The notes: generated by a model not told the origin, from the sequence alone. DNA of 64,000 bases from an uncultured Sutterella sp. (GCA_905202595.1 CAJKSP010000002.1:13870-77869), one strand, 5' to 3'. Counted from the stretch's first letter, positions 27,391 through 37,610 are shown. Numbers and translations are program-made.

Positions 27391-28428
27391 TCAGCGGCCT
27401 GCTTCGCCGCTCTGCGCGAAGGACTTCTGAGGCGCGCCTGCGCCGAGAAGATGCGCTTCTTGGCGGCTCTCCGACCGGGCGCCGTCAAGCGGCATGCGGA
27501 AGGCACGAAGCGACCCGAGCACGCCCGCAAGGAGAATGACGAAGCCTGCCGCCATCGTGGGCGTCGGCAGCTCGCCGCGGTAGATGAGCGCATAAATCAC
27601 GGCGAAGATCGATTCAAAGACGATGAGCTGGCCGCCGAGCGCAGAGGGCAGGCGCTGGCTCATTTGGTTCCAGCAGATCATCGCCGCCCACGAGCAGAGA
27701 AGCCCCACCATGAAAGCGACGCCGAGGAATCGTGCAGGCGCGTCGCCGAAAAGGCCCGCTTCCGTATGCATGAAGCCGACCGGCCAGGCCAGCAGCGCGA
27801 AGAGCGCCGCGGCGGCGGGCAGAATCGTCACGCCCTGCAGCGCCGTCCAGGCGCTTGCCGAATGCTTGGGGTGCTTGAGCAGCCACTCAGCGTTGAAGAT
27901 CGAAAACCAGGTCCAGGCAGCGACGGCCGAGAGGCCGAAGCCTGCGCCGATCCAGAAGTTCGATCCGCCTGCGGCGCTCGAACGGCTGATGAGCTCGAAC
28001 TCGGACCAGTTGGCAATGACCAGGCCGGCGACGATGACGGCCAGGGGCGGCAGCACGCGCCGCCAGGGCGCCGCTCGGCCTTCCTTCTGGTAGCGGATGT
28101 TGGAGGCGACGGCGACGAGCACCGGGATCACGGCCATGAGCATGCCGGCAAGCGGTGCGCCCGCCAGACGGATGCAGATGGTGAGCAGGCAGTAGAAGAC
28201 GACGTTGCCGAAGAAGGCCAGCCGGAAGGCCTCAAAGACATGCGCTCGGGTGAATTTCGAGAGCTCTCGGCGCAGCGGCCAGAGAAATGGGAGAGACACG
28301 AGGCCGAAGGCCACGAAGCGGCCGAGGGCCACCAATACAGGGTTGTAGGAAGGGACGAGCAGGGGCGCAATGTAGATGAGGCCCCAGAGCGCGCCTGCGG
28401 CAATGCCGAGGAGAACGCCGGTAAGCAT
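27391..28428 (-). CDS. DMT-superfamily (EamA-like) membrane transporter
   Basis: 345 aa and highly hydrophobic (10 TM), with two EamA-like halves. Confidence 0.75.
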   Translation of the reverse strand: MLTGVLLGIAAGALWGLIYIAPLLVPSYNPVLVALGRFVAFGLVSLPFLWPLRRELSKFTRAHVFEAFRLAFFGNVVFYCLLTICIRLAGAPLAGMLMAVIPVLVAVASNIRYQKEGRAAPWRRVLPPLAVIVAGLVIANWSEFELISRSSAAGGSNFWIGAGFGLSAVAAWTWFSIFNAEWLLKHPKHSASAWTALQGVTILPAAAALFALLAWPVGFMHTEAGLFGDAPARFLGVAFMVGLLCSWAAMICWNQMSQRLPSALGGQLIVFESIFAVIYALIYRGELPTPTMAAGFVILLAGVLGSLRAFRMPLDGARSESRQEAHLLGAGAPQKSFAQSGEAGR

Positions 28429-28860
28429 GGCGGGAGAATCTTCTTTCCAGTGCGGCTCCGCCTTTCACCCGGAGCCAGACTTCAGAGGCGCAGCCCGAAA
28501 GAAGGAGCGTGAGCGGCGCCGTCTTGCCGGATGTTCTCTTCGCGCTCCGAGGTGAAGCGCTGGTCTTGAAGAGTCCAGGCCGGCCGGGCGCGCTGCATTG
28601 AGGCGCGCTCGGCCCGCAGCCAGACGAAGGCGCTGCAATGCGGACGCCCAAAGAAGGGAGGCGGCGTCCCGGCGCGGCCGGCTCCTCCGGCGCACCCATT
28701 GCAGCGCTTCAGCTGCAGGCAAGATGATCTTAACAGCGAGGTATTTCTACGCATAGCCCCCTTGCGGGTTTTCGAGAGGGTCCGGCTGCGTATGACGGGC
28801 TGGAGGCGGCGTTCCGGCGTCTCTTCTGCAGAAAGGCAGAAGAGACGTAAGCAATAACAC

Positions 28861-30060
28861 TTACTTCTTCGTCTCGGAGGTCTGGCTTGCGCCGGCAACG
28901 GCGCTTTGGGCGCCGCCGGCCTTTTCCTCTCTCGCGTCTTCTGCCTTCATGCGCGCCTCGAGTTCATAGGCGAGGAGCGTGACGGCCGAGGCATAGAAGT
29001 AGCTGCGGTTGTAGCGCAGGATTGCCGCAAAGGAATCCGTGCCGATGAAGTAGTCGGTGCCGCGCGTGTTGTCGCGCTGTATCCAGGGCAGGTCAACGAG
29101 CATGGCGGGATCGCTTGCCTTGAGGGGAAGCTTTCCGATCGGCTTCACGCCGGCTTCGAGCAGGGCGCCCACCGTCGTGTGGGTCTTGATGCCGCCCGAG
29201 CGGGTCTTTCTGAAGATGTCGTCTGACGCTTCGACTGGGTAGAGGGGCCGTTCGCCGCGCGCCCAGCCGTGCACCTTGAGGAAGTTCGCCACCGATGCGA
29301 TGCCGTCCGGCTCGCTCTTCACGATGTCGATTTTGCCGTCGCCGTCGCCGTCCCGGCCGTAGGCGTTGAGGCTCGCCGGCATGAACTGTCCCAGGCCGAG
29401 CGCGCCGGCAAAGGAGCCCGTCACCGAGACGGGCTTCACCTGCTGCCGCCAGCAGAAGTCGAGGAAGCTCTCGAGTTCGCTGCGGTAGTACTTGGCGCGG
29501 CGCGTGTAGTCGAAGGAGAGCGTCATGAGGGCGTCGAGCACGCGGAAGCGTCCCATGTTGCGGCCGTAGATCGACTCGATGCCGATGATGGCCGTCACGG
29601 CCCAGAGGCTGACGCCCGTTTCCTGCTCGATGCGTTCAAGAACGCTCCGGTTGCGCTCGATGAAGTCGATGCCGTGCTCGATGCGGTCGGCGTTGACGAG
29701 ATTGCGCCGATAGAGAAGGAAGTTCTTGTCGGGCGTCGTCTTTTTGTTCGCCTTGGGTTTGGGCGTCGTGTACTTTTCGGAGAGGGGCGAGTAGCGTGCG
29801 ACAGCCACTTCATCCTTGAGCCAGTCAAGCGGGATTTTCTTGTCCTGAGCCACGGCTTCAAGAAATTCGATCACCTCAGGGCGGGAGAGGTAGTCGGACG
29901 CCGTCTGGTTCTTCAGTGCAGCCTGAGGCGCCTCGGCTGCGGCGCCTGCGGGCTGCTTGGCCGCGCTTTCCGCGGCCGCAGAGGCGGCTTCGGGAAGGAA
30001 TAGGCTGAGCGAGCAGGCAAAGGCAAGAGCGCAAAGACGGCGGGAGAGGCGTTCGTTCAT
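28861..30060 (-). CDS. mltB: lytic murein transglycosylase B
   Basis: 399 aa with signal peptide. ...ETGVSLWAVTAIIGIESIYGRNMGRFRVLDALMTLSFDY...FAGALGLGQFMPAS... are MltB motifs. Confidence 0.85.
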   Translation of the reverse strand: MNERLSRRLCALAFACSLSLFLPEAASAAAESAAKQPAGAAAEAPQAALKNQTASDYLSRPEVIEFLEAVAQDKKIPLDWLKDEVAVARYSPLSEKYTTPKPKANKKTTPDKNFLLYRRNLVNADRIEHGIDFIERNRSVLERIEQETGVSLWAVTAIIGIESIYGRNMGRFRVLDALMTLSFDYTRRAKYYRSELESFLDFCWRQQVKPVSVTGSFAGALGLGQFMPASLNAYGRDGDGDGKIDIVKSEPDGIASVANFLKVHGWARGERPLYPVEASDDIFRKTRSGGIKTHTTVGALLEAGVKPIGKLPLKASDPAMLVDLPWIQRDNTRGTDYFIGTDSFAAILRYNRSYFYASAVTLLAYELEARMKAEDAREEKAGGAQSAVAGASQTSETKK

Positions 30061-30304
30061 TACAAAAAGTTCCGAAAAGCGCGCAGCCGGACCGATGAGC
30101 GCGAGGGCTCAGCGCCGGACCGCGTCAGAATTCTTGTGCTCGATTCTAGCGGGAGCCGGCAGGCCGCTTTGCTGCATGAAGCCGGGAAAATCCTTCCAAC
30201 GCCGTCGAGGCGCTACAGTATTCTTCTGAACTCCCGGCGCACTGAGCTTTCTTGGAATCGCGCTCGGGTCTCTTCCTGTTTCAGCGTCCCCGCTTCAAGA
30301 GCCT

Positions 30305-31330
30305 ATGACCGAGGACATGCCGCTTCTTCAATTCGCTGCTGCTGCCGCACAAGGCGCTGCGCAGGCGCAGCTGCGCCTGCCGACAGGCTATTTCACGCAT
30401 CCGTTCGTCGAACGGCCGAGCCCTCAGTCCGAGTCGCCCGATCAGCCTCCCCGCATTGAAGCGCTTGAAGAGCGCCTCATTGCTTCGGGGATCGACGCGC
30501 ATCTGAGGCGCGTGGAGTGCGGACTGGCGCAGAGGCGCGACGTCTGCCTTGCGCATGATGCCGACTACATCGACCGGCTGGAGCGCGCAAGCGCAGGCGA
30601 CGCAGAGGCGATGGCGAGCTTTGACGCTCCTGATGCGCCGGTGGGCCCCGACACCTTTGCCTGCGCGATGGCCAGTGCAGGCGCTGTCGTCGCTGCGGTC
30701 GACGAAGTCTTCGCCCGCCGCATTCGAAACGCCTTCTGCGCCGTGCGTCCGCCCGGACACCACGCAGGGCGCCGCCGCGCCGCGGGGTTCTGCTACATCA
30801 ACAACATCGCCGTCGGCGCGCTGCATGCGATCGAGCGCTGGGCGCTGGACCGCGTTGCGATCCTCGACTTCGACGCGCATCACGGCGACGGCACGGAGGA
30901 GATCGTGGCGGGCAATCCGCACATTCGCTTCTTTTCTCTTTTTCAGTGGCCGCTCTATCCGAATCGGCGCCTCGAGCCGCAGCCGGAAAACGTCGTGGCG
31001 ACGCCGCTCGCAGCGGGGGCAGACGGTGCGGCGCTTCGGCGCATCGTTGATGAAGTGTGGCTGCCGGCGCTCAGCGCCTGGCAGCCGCAGGCCATTCTCC
31101 TCTCTGCGGGCTTCGACGCGCATGTCGAGGAGCGCATGGCGCAGCTCAAAGCCAGCGAAGTCGACTTTGCCTACATCACGCGCCGTCTGGTGGAAGCGGG
31201 CGGCTCGCTCTGCGGCGGCCGACTCGTGAGCGTGCTTGAAGGCGGCTATGCGGTGAGAAGCCTCTCTAGGAGCGTGCTCACGCATCTGCAGATGCTCTGC
31301 CGTCCGACGGCAGAGGAGGTGCAGTCATGA
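30305..31330 (+). CDS. histone-deacetylase-superfamily amidohydrolase (AcuC/acetylpolyamine amidohydrolase-like)
   Basis: 341 aa with ...FCAVRPPGHHAGRRRAAGFCYINNIAV...ILDFDAHHGDGTEEI...SAGFDAH...LEGGY, the canonical HDAC-fold zinc site. Confidence 0.8.
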   Translation: MTEDMPLLQFAAAAAQGAAQAQLRLPTGYFTHPFVERPSPQSESPDQPPRIEALEERLIASGIDAHLRRVECGLAQRRDVCLAHDADYIDRLERASAGDAEAMASFDAPDAPVGPDTFACAMASAGAVVAAVDEVFARRIRNAFCAVRPPGHHAGRRRAAGFCYINNIAVGALHAIERWALDRVAILDFDAHHGDGTEEIVAGNPHIRFFSLFQWPLYPNRRLEPQPENVVATPLAAGADGAALRRIVDEVWLPALSAWQPQAILLSAGFDAHVEERMAQLKASEVDFAYITRRLVEAGGSLCGGRLVSVLEGGYAVRSLSRSVLTHLQMLCRPTAEEVQS

Positions 31331-32643
31331 AGCGCGACGCGCTGCAGCCGGGCGTCTCGCCCCGGGAAGTCTGGGCCTGGGCCGCATTCGACTTCGCCAA
31401 TTCGGGCTATACGACCGTGGTGCTCACGGCGGTCTTCAATGCGTACTTCGTCTCAGTGGTGTGCGGCGGCGCCGACTGGGCCACTTTTGCCTGGACCTGC
31501 GTCGTGGCGGCGTCCAACGCCGTCGGCATGGCGGCGATGCCGCTGATCGGCGCGCTGGCCGATGCCAAGGCGCAGAAGAAGCGCTGGCTCTTTGCCGCAA
31601 CGGCACTCTGCATTGCCGGCACCGTCGGCCTCGCATTCTCTGGTCCCGGCACCATTGCGTGGGCGGCCGCGATGGTCGTCGTCTCCAACCTCGGCTACAA
31701 CGTGGGAGAGACGCTTAATTCGGCCTTTCTGCCTGAGCTCGCCAAGCCGCAGACCGTGGGCAAGGTGTCGGGCTGGGGCTGGTCCTTCGGCTACTGCGGC
31801 GGCATCGTTACGCTGGGCCTTTCGCTGCTGCTCGTCATCGGCGCGGAGCGCTTCGGCCTCACGGCGCAGGAAGCCGTTTCAGGCACGCTTCTCATTACAG
31901 CGGCGGTTTTTGCCGCCGCCGCGGCGCCGCTCTTTCTCTGGGTGAAGGAGCGCTCCGCGCCCCGGGAGAGCGCGTCCGGCTGTGCGGGCGTCCTCAGCGC
32001 CGGCCTTCAGAGCTTTCGCGACGTCGCGCATACGCTCAAGAGCCTGCCGCGCTTTCGGGACTTTGCCTGCCTGGCAGTCTGCGGCTTCTGCTATCAGTGC
32101 GGGGTTGCTGTCGTGATCACGCTCTCGGCGGTCTATGCTGCGGCTGTGATGGGATTTACGACCGAAGATACGATTCGGCTCGTTTTTCTCGTCAACATCA
32201 CGGCAGCGGTCGGCGCCTTCGGCTTCGGCTATCTGCAGGACAGGCTCGGCCACAAGCTCACGCTGGCGCTGACGCTCTGCCTCTGGCTCGCCATGATCGC
32301 CGCGGCGGCGCTCGCCGAAGGCCGAGGGCTCTTCTGGGCGGCGGCCAATCTTGCGGGCCTCGCCATGGGCTCGTCCCAGTCTGCCGGGCGCGCCATGGTG
32401 GCGCTCCTTGCGCCGAAGAAGCGCCTCGCGGAATTCTTCAGCTTTTGGAACATGATGCTGTGGGCGGCCGCCATCGTCGGTCCGCTCTTCTATGGCGCCG
32501 TCTCCTGGTCGGTGGGCAACAACCATCGGCTCGCGCTTTGGGCGACCGGCCTCTTCTTTGCGGCGGCGCTTCTCATGCTCGCGCCTCTCGATCTGGCGCG
32601 CGGAAAGCGGGCGGCTCAGGCCGCGGATGCCGAAGCGGGTTGA
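31327..32643 (+). CDS. MFS transporter, UMF1 (Atg22-like) family
   Basis: 438 aa with 12 TM. The N-terminus WAWAAFDFANSGYTTVVLTAVFNAYF is the UMF1 signature. The start overlaps the HDAC-like stop (ATGA), which suggests an operon. Confidence 0.8.
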   Translation: MKRDALQPGVSPREVWAWAAFDFANSGYTTVVLTAVFNAYFVSVVCGGADWATFAWTCVVAASNAVGMAAMPLIGALADAKAQKKRWLFAATALCIAGTVGLAFSGPGTIAWAAAMVVVSNLGYNVGETLNSAFLPELAKPQTVGKVSGWGWSFGYCGGIVTLGLSLLLVIGAERFGLTAQEAVSGTLLITAAVFAAAAAPLFLWVKERSAPRESASGCAGVLSAGLQSFRDVAHTLKSLPRFRDFACLAVCGFCYQCGVAVVITLSAVYAAAVMGFTTEDTIRLVFLVNITAAVGAFGFGYLQDRLGHKLTLALTLCLWLAMIAAAALAEGRGLFWAAANLAGLAMGSSQSAGRAMVALLAPKKRLAEFFSFWNMMLWAAAIVGPLFYGAVSWSVGNNHRLALWATGLFFAAALLMLAPLDLARGKRAAQAADAEAG

Positions 32644-32663
32644 TCGGCTCGGCTGGGGATGAA

Positions 32664-32703
32664 AAGAGGCTCCGCGCCGCACCGGCGAAGAGCCTCTTTT
32701 TTT
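32664..32703 (+). terminator. intrinsic terminator downstream of MFS gene
   Basis: AAGAGGCTC-cgcgccgcaccggcgaa-GAGCCTCTT followed by TTTTTTTAG. Confidence 0.6.
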
Positions 32704-32721
32704 AGTTCGCAGCGCTTCGCA

Positions 32722-32988
32722 TCAAGCGCTCGGGCGCTCCGTGCGGGCCGCCGCTTCGCGCTCGGCGCGGATCTGCTCGAAGAGCGTCGGATTCTTGTCC
32801 TTGTAGGAGAGCCAGCGGCTGTCGCGGTAGGCGGCTACGGCTCTGCGGCAGCGCTGCTGCTTTTCCGGATCGCGCGCGCCCGCCCAGTCGCTGTAGAGGC
32901 GCTGATATTCAGGATCAGCCGAGAGAAGCGTCTCTTCAATCAAATGGGGACGCCGCCTGCTGCCGTAGAGGTTGAACATTTCTGCCAT
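32722..32988 (-). CDS. small hypothetical protein (about 88 aa)
   Basis: Plausible start MAEMFNLYGSRRRPHLIEETLLSADPEYQRLYSDWAGARDPEKQQRCRRAVAAYRDSRWLSYKDKNPTLFEQIRAER... I recognise no family. Confidence 0.45.
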   Translation of the reverse strand: MAEMFNLYGSRRRPHLIEETLLSADPEYQRLYSDWAGARDPEKQQRCRRAVAAYRDSRWLSYKDKNPTLFEQIRAEREAAARTERPSA

Positions 32989-33210
32989 GGCTTCATGCCT
33001 CCTTGCGCGATGCCGCTTGATGGGTGGCGCAGCGCTCTGCCGCGCCCATGTCTTCACGCTAAGCGTTCAGCCTCCGTCGAGCTATCCCCGCTGCAGTCGC
33101 TTTGAGTGACGCGTTCCAAAAATCGAAACGCTTCTCTCCTGACGCTGCGGTTCGCAGAGGCCATTGGCTGGCTGGTCGGGCGCGGCGAGCCGACGCGCAC
33201 GGAACTGGGC

Positions 33211-33247
33211 GAAAAGAAAGCCCGCGCAGGGCAAGGCGCGGGCTTTC
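33211..33247 (-). terminator. intrinsic terminator downstream of bamD
   Basis: AAAGCCCGCGC-agggcaag-GCGCGGGCTTT, a perfect 11-bp stem. The minus strand continues TTCTTTTCGCC. Confidence 0.6.
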
Positions 33248-33285
33248 TGAGGAATGGCGGCGGGTCGTCAGCGCCCGTCCGGCTT

Positions 33286-34032
33286 TCAATTGGCTTTCTT
33301 ATCCGGCTGATTCAGCTCAATGACGCGGCGGACGTCCGCAGCATATTCGGGCATCTTGAGCTCGTCGTAGCATTTGGCGATGAGCTCAAGAGCGTCGTCG
33401 CGCATCGGCGTGTTTTGGAATTCCTTGACGACGTGCTGCGCGCGGTCGATTGCGGCGATGTAGGCGTGGCGAACGTAGTAGTAGTTCGCCGTGTTGAGCT
33501 CATGCTCAGCCTGTGCGAGAACGAGCTCGTGCATGCGGCGGCGCGCTTCCGGCGCAAAGCGGCTGTTCGGGTAGCGCAGCACCAGCTCCTTGAAGGTGTC
33601 GAAGGCTTCGCGCGAGGCATTCGGATCGCGCTCGGCCAGGTCTTCAGCGGCCAGGATGTTGAACCAGCTGTCCGTCTGATTGAGCGTGGCGAGCGCCTTC
33701 AGATACATGACGTAGTCGCTGTTCTGATGATTCGGGTACGAGCGCAGGAAGCGGTCGGCGGCCTGCACGGCGGAAGCGGCGTCGCCGTCCTTCCATGTCG
33801 CGTAGATGAGCTCGATCTGGGCCTGCTGCGCATATTGTCCGAAGGGATAGCGCGCCTCAAGCTTCTGGTAGTAGTCCTTTGCCTGCGTCCAGTTGCTATC
33901 ATCAAGCGCCGAGCGCGCTTCGGTATAAAGCTTGTCGGCCGGCCAGTCGATGGTGGGATCCTTGTCCAGGCTCTGCAGCCATGAGCAGGAAGCCGTCGCG
34001 AGCGTGACTGCAACAAGCGCAGAAGCGCGCAT
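33286..34032 (-). CDS. bamD: outer membrane protein assembly factor BamD (YfiO/ComL lipoprotein)
   Basis: Lipoprotein signal MRASALVAVTLATASC plus TPR-like repeats. The track start at 34065 (MNFRIPLKRIL-) is also possible. bamD sits divergent to rluD, as in E. coli. Confidence 0.85.
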   Translation of the reverse strand: MRASALVAVTLATASCSWLQSLDKDPTIDWPADKLYTEARSALDDSNWTQAKDYYQKLEARYPFGQYAQQAQIELIYATWKDGDAASAVQAADRFLRSYPNHQNSDYVMYLKALATLNQTDSWFNILAAEDLAERDPNASREAFDTFKELVLRYPNSRFAPEARRRMHELVLAQAEHELNTANYYYVRHAYIAAIDRAQHVVKEFQNTPMRDDALELIAKCYDELKMPEYAADVRRVIELNQPDKKAN

Positions 34033-34063
34033 CAGAATCCGTTTGAGAGGAATGCGAAAGTTC

Positions 34064-35173
34064 ATGACGAGCAGAGTCGATAGCAGTGTCGAAGAGGCCG
34101 CCCGCGGCGGCGCCGCAGAGGCCGAAGCCGCGCTCGATTATAGCGGCGAGGTCTTTGAGGATGAGGCCCTGGAAGGCGACACTTTACCAACTTTCACCGT
34201 CGAGGGCTTTTGGGGAGAACGCTTGGACAAAGTCCTCGCTTCGCTCGTCCCGGAAGCGTCGCGCGCGAGGCTGCAGAAGCTTATTGAGAAAGGCGCCGTG
34301 CTGCTGAACGGCGAGCCCTGCCTCAAGGTGCGCGAAAAGGTGGCCGAGGGCGACGTCATCCGGCTCCTCGAGGAGCCCCGCCTCGACGAGTCGCTCGACT
34401 TCACGCCTGAGGAAGGCGTGGACTTCGATGTCGTCTACGAGGATCAGGACATCCTCATCTGCAACAAGCCTGCCGGACTTGTCGTTCATCCGGGCGCAGG
34501 GAACCATTCGGGCACGATGCTCAACGGCCTCCTCTGGCGCTATCCGGAGCTCAAGGACGTGCCCCGCGCCGGCATTGTGCATCGGCTCGACCGCGACACG
34601 ACGGGCCTGATGGTCGTGGCGAGGACGCTCGCCGCGCAGACGAACCTTGTGCGGCAGCTCCAGGCGCGCACCGTCAAGCGCGAGTACTGGGCCATCACCA
34701 TCGGTTCGGCCGCTCCCGACTTCGTGGTCGACGTGCCGATCGGCCGCGATCCCAAGAGCCGCACGCGCTTCCGCGGCTTCCCGGGCTCGACGGGCGTGCG
34801 CGCCAAGCCGGCGCGCACCCGCGTGCGGGCGATCGACTGGACGAGCGCCGAAGGCATTCCGCTCACCTGGGTCGCCTGCCGGCTCGACACGGGCCGCACG
34901 CATCAGATCCGCGTGCATCTCACGGGCGAGGACCTGCCGCTTCTGGGCGACCAGGTCTATCGCGGCCGTGCGCCGGGCATCGCCGTCAAGATGGAGAATC
35001 TCTTCGACTTTCATCGCCAGGCGCTCCATGCGTCCCGTCTGGGGCTCATTCATCCGAGAACGGGCGAAGAGATGCAGTGGTTCGTGCCTGCGCCCGACGA
35101 CATGGCCGCGCTGATGGACGAGCTCGGCTTCGGGCCGACCGACGAGCCGGCGACCGTCTTCGACAAGGCCTGA
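34064..35173 (+). CDS. rluD: 23S rRNA pseudouridine(1911/1915/1917) synthase RluD
   Basis: S4 domain plus ...HRLDRDTTGLMVVART... (RluA-family catalytic Asp motif). The ATG at 34064 shares a CATG with the bamD upstream ATG. A start at 34052 is an alternative. Confidence 0.85.
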   Translation: MTSRVDSSVEEAARGGAAEAEAALDYSGEVFEDEALEGDTLPTFTVEGFWGERLDKVLASLVPEASRARLQKLIEKGAVLLNGEPCLKVREKVAEGDVIRLLEEPRLDESLDFTPEEGVDFDVVYEDQDILICNKPAGLVVHPGAGNHSGTMLNGLLWRYPELKDVPRAGIVHRLDRDTTGLMVVARTLAAQTNLVRQLQARTVKREYWAITIGSAAPDFVVDVPIGRDPKSRTRFRGFPGSTGVRAKPARTRVRAIDWTSAEGIPLTWVACRLDTGRTHQIRVHLTGEDLPLLGDQVYRGRAPGIAVKMENLFDFHRQALHASRLGLIHPRTGEEMQWFVPAPDDMAALMDELGFGPTDEPATVFDKA

Positions 35174-35227
35174 CGAGCGCCTGCCGCCGTCTTTTTTGTC
35201 TTTGATAACGAATCGGAAGTCATCGAT

Positions 35228-36043
35228 ATGCCGGATTTCTTCAAGCCTGAGCTCGAGCGCGTCTCGCCCGAGTGGACGCCCGATGCGCCGGAGCGCGTCG
35301 GCGCCTTCTTCACCTGCCGCACCGGCGGCGTGTCGAGCGGCCCCTGGGGCGGCCCGGAAGGCATCATGGGCTTCAATCTCGCCGACCACACGGGCGACAA
35401 CGCCTCGTGCGTGCGCATGAACCGGAGCATCCTCGCGCAGATGCTGCCCGCCGAGCCCAAGTGGCTGCGGCAGGTGCACGGCGCTGCGGTGGTCTGCGCC
35501 GACGGCATTGATCCCGCGCAGCCGCCAGAAGCCGATGCCTCATACACGAAGACGCCTGGCGTCGTCTGCTGCGTGATGACGGCAGACTGCCTGCCGGTGC
35601 TGCTCGCCGACAAGCGCGGCCGCATCGTGGCGGCAGTCCATGCGGGCTGGCGCAGCCTTGCCGCAGGCGTAATCCAGAAGACCGTCGAGGCCATGCGCGC
35701 CGAAGTGCCGGATCTGGCGCTTCGCGCCTGGCTCGGCCCCCGCATCGGCGCTGACGACTTCGAGGTGGGCCCGGAAGTCCGAGACGCAATGCTCAAGACG
35801 CTTCCGGGCGCCGCGTCCGCTTTCCGGCCGGCGCCGGCAGAGGGCAAGCTTCTCGGCGATCTTGCCGCGCTGGCCCGCGAAGCGCTCGCGCAGGCTGGCG
35901 TGCCTGCCGCCTCGGCGGCGGACTGCGGACTCTCGACCTATGCTGATCGGGCGCGCTTCTACAGCTTCCGGCGCGACGGCGAAAAATCCGGCAGGCATGC
36001 GGCCGTGATCTGGATCGAGCCTGCAGCTGCGCAGGCCGCCTAG
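35228..36043 (+). CDS. pgeF: peptidoglycan editing factor PgeF / YfiH (polyphenol oxidase-like, DUF152)
   Basis: 271 aa with ...CVMTADCLPVLLAD...AAVHAGWRSLAAGV.. YfiH motifs. Gene order yfiO-rluD-yfiH is conserved. Confidence 0.85.
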   Translation: MPDFFKPELERVSPEWTPDAPERVGAFFTCRTGGVSSGPWGGPEGIMGFNLADHTGDNASCVRMNRSILAQMLPAEPKWLRQVHGAAVVCADGIDPAQPPEADASYTKTPGVVCCVMTADCLPVLLADKRGRIVAAVHAGWRSLAAGVIQKTVEAMRAEVPDLALRAWLGPRIGADDFEVGPEVRDAMLKTLPGAASAFRPAPAEGKLLGDLAALAREALAQAGVPAASAADCGLSTYADRARFYSFRRDGEKSGRHAAVIWIEPAAAQAA

Positions 36044-36145
36044 TTCGGCGCAGGCTCGGCGCGTCGCGTTCGGGCCTGCACTTCGCTATCATCGCGGCCT
36101 TTCTTTCCTTTTCCTCCAGTTTTTCAGACCCTCTGGCGCATCCCC

Positions 36146-37489
36146 ATGACCCAAAAGATTCCCGTTGTCGGCTTCGTTTCGCTCGGCTGTCCGAAGGCGC
36201 TCGTCGATACAGAGCGCATCGTGACGGAGCTTCGCGCGCGCGGCTACCGCATCGGCAGCACCTACAAGGAAGCCGATCTCGTCGTCGTCAATACCTGCGG
36301 CTTCATCAATGAAGCGGTGGCTGAGAGCCTGCAGGCGATTTCCGAAGCGCTTGAAGAGAACGGGCGCGTCATCGTCTGCGGCTGCCTCGGCGGCAAGAAG
36401 GAGGCGGACGGCTCGAACTACCTTGCCAAGCGCTTCCCGAAGGTGCTTGGCGTGACGGGGCCCGACAGCGTCGACGAAGTGATGCGCATGGTCGACGAGG
36501 CGCTGCCCCGTCCGCATGATCCTTGGGACGATCTGGTGCCGGCGGCCGGCGTGCGCCTGACGCCCAAGCACTACGCGTACCTCAAGATCAGCGAAGGCTG
36601 CAACCATCACTGCACCTTCTGCATCATTCCGAAGCTGCGCGGCGAGCTTAAGAGCCGTCCGATCGGCGACATCGTGCGCGAAGCGGAAAACCTCAAGGCC
36701 GCCGGCGTGAAGGAGCTCCTCGTCATCAGCCAGGACACCGCCGCCTACGGCCTCGACAAGCGCTACAAGCTCGACTTCGCGGGCGGACGCCCGGTGCATA
36801 CGAATCTGGTCGACCTCTGCCGCGAGCTCGGCCGGCTCGGGCTCTGGACGCGCCTGCACTATGTCTATCCGTATCCGAGCGTGGACGAGGTCATTCCGCT
36901 CATGGCCGAGGGGCTGATCCTGCCCTATCTCGACGTGCCCTTCCAGCATGCGCATCCGCGGATCCTGAAGCTCATGAAGCGTCCGGCATCGGCGGAGAAG
37001 AATCTCGAGCGCATTGCCGCCTGGCGCGCCGTCTGTCCCGACATCACCATCCGCTCCACTTTCATTGCCGGCTTCCCCGGCGAGACGGAAGAGGAGTTTG
37101 AATACCTGCTCGACTTTCTGCGCGAGGCGCAGCTCGACCGCGTGGGCTGCTTTGCCTATTCGCCCGTTGACGGCGCCGCGGCCAACGAGCTGCCCGGGCA
37201 GCTGCCTGACGAGGTGCGCGAAGAGCGCCGCCGCCGCTTTATGGAAGTGCAGGCGGAGATTTCGCTCGCGAAGCTCGCTAAGAAGATCGGCACCGTGCAG
37301 AAGGTGCTGATCGACGAGGCGCCTGATGAAGACGGCGTGGCTGTCGGCCGCACGACGGCTGATGCGCCCGACATCGACGGCGTCTGCTACGTCACGACTG
37401 ACCGCCACCTCGAGCCTGGCGACTTTGTGAACGTGAGAATCACGGCGAATCAGGAGCACGACCTCATCGGCCGCGAGGTCGTCGACTGA
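36146..37489 (+). CDS. rimO: ribosomal protein S12 methylthiotransferase RimO
   Basis: 447 aa. The N-terminus [23 protein letters not shown], radical-SAM CNHHCTFC and a C-terminal TRAM domain. Confidence 0.9.
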   Translation: MTQKIPVVGFVSLGCPKALVDTERIVTELRARGYRIGSTYKEADLVVVNTCGFINEAVAESLQAISEALEENGRVIVCGCLGGKKEADGSNYLAKRFPKVLGVTGPDSVDEVMRMVDEALPRPHDPWDDLVPAAGVRLTPKHYAYLKISEGCNHHCTFCIIPKLRGELKSRPIGDIVREAENLKAAGVKELLVISQDTAAYGLDKRYKLDFAGGRPVHTNLVDLCRELGRLGLWTRLHYVYPYPSVDEVIPLMAEGLILPYLDVPFQHAHPRILKLMKRPASAEKNLERIAAWRAVCPDITIRSTFIAGFPGETEEEFEYLLDFLREAQLDRVGCFAYSPVDGAAANELPGQLPDEVREERRRRFMEVQAEISLAKLAKKIGTVQKVLIDEAPDEDGVAVGRTTADAPDIDGVCYVTTDRHLEPGDFVNVRITANQEHDLIGREVVD

Positions 37490-37515
37490 GGCGGCTGCCG
37501 AGCCTGCTGAAAGGC

Positions 37516-37565
37516 AAAAAGGAAGCGGGGGTTCGGAACAGTCCGAACCCCCGCTTCCTTTTGTT
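37516..37565. terminator. bidirectional intrinsic terminator between convergent rimO and ABC ATPase genes
   Basis: AAAAA-GGAAGCGGGGGTTCGGA-acag-TCCGAACCCCCGCTTCC-TTTTGTT, a perfect 17-bp stem. A second hairpin GCGGCGCGC-agcggat-GCGCGCCGC follows at about 37571-37595. Confidence 0.7.
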
Positions 37566-37610
37566 GAGACGGCGCGCAGCGGATGCGCGCCGCTCTTCTC
37601 CTCGCGGCGC

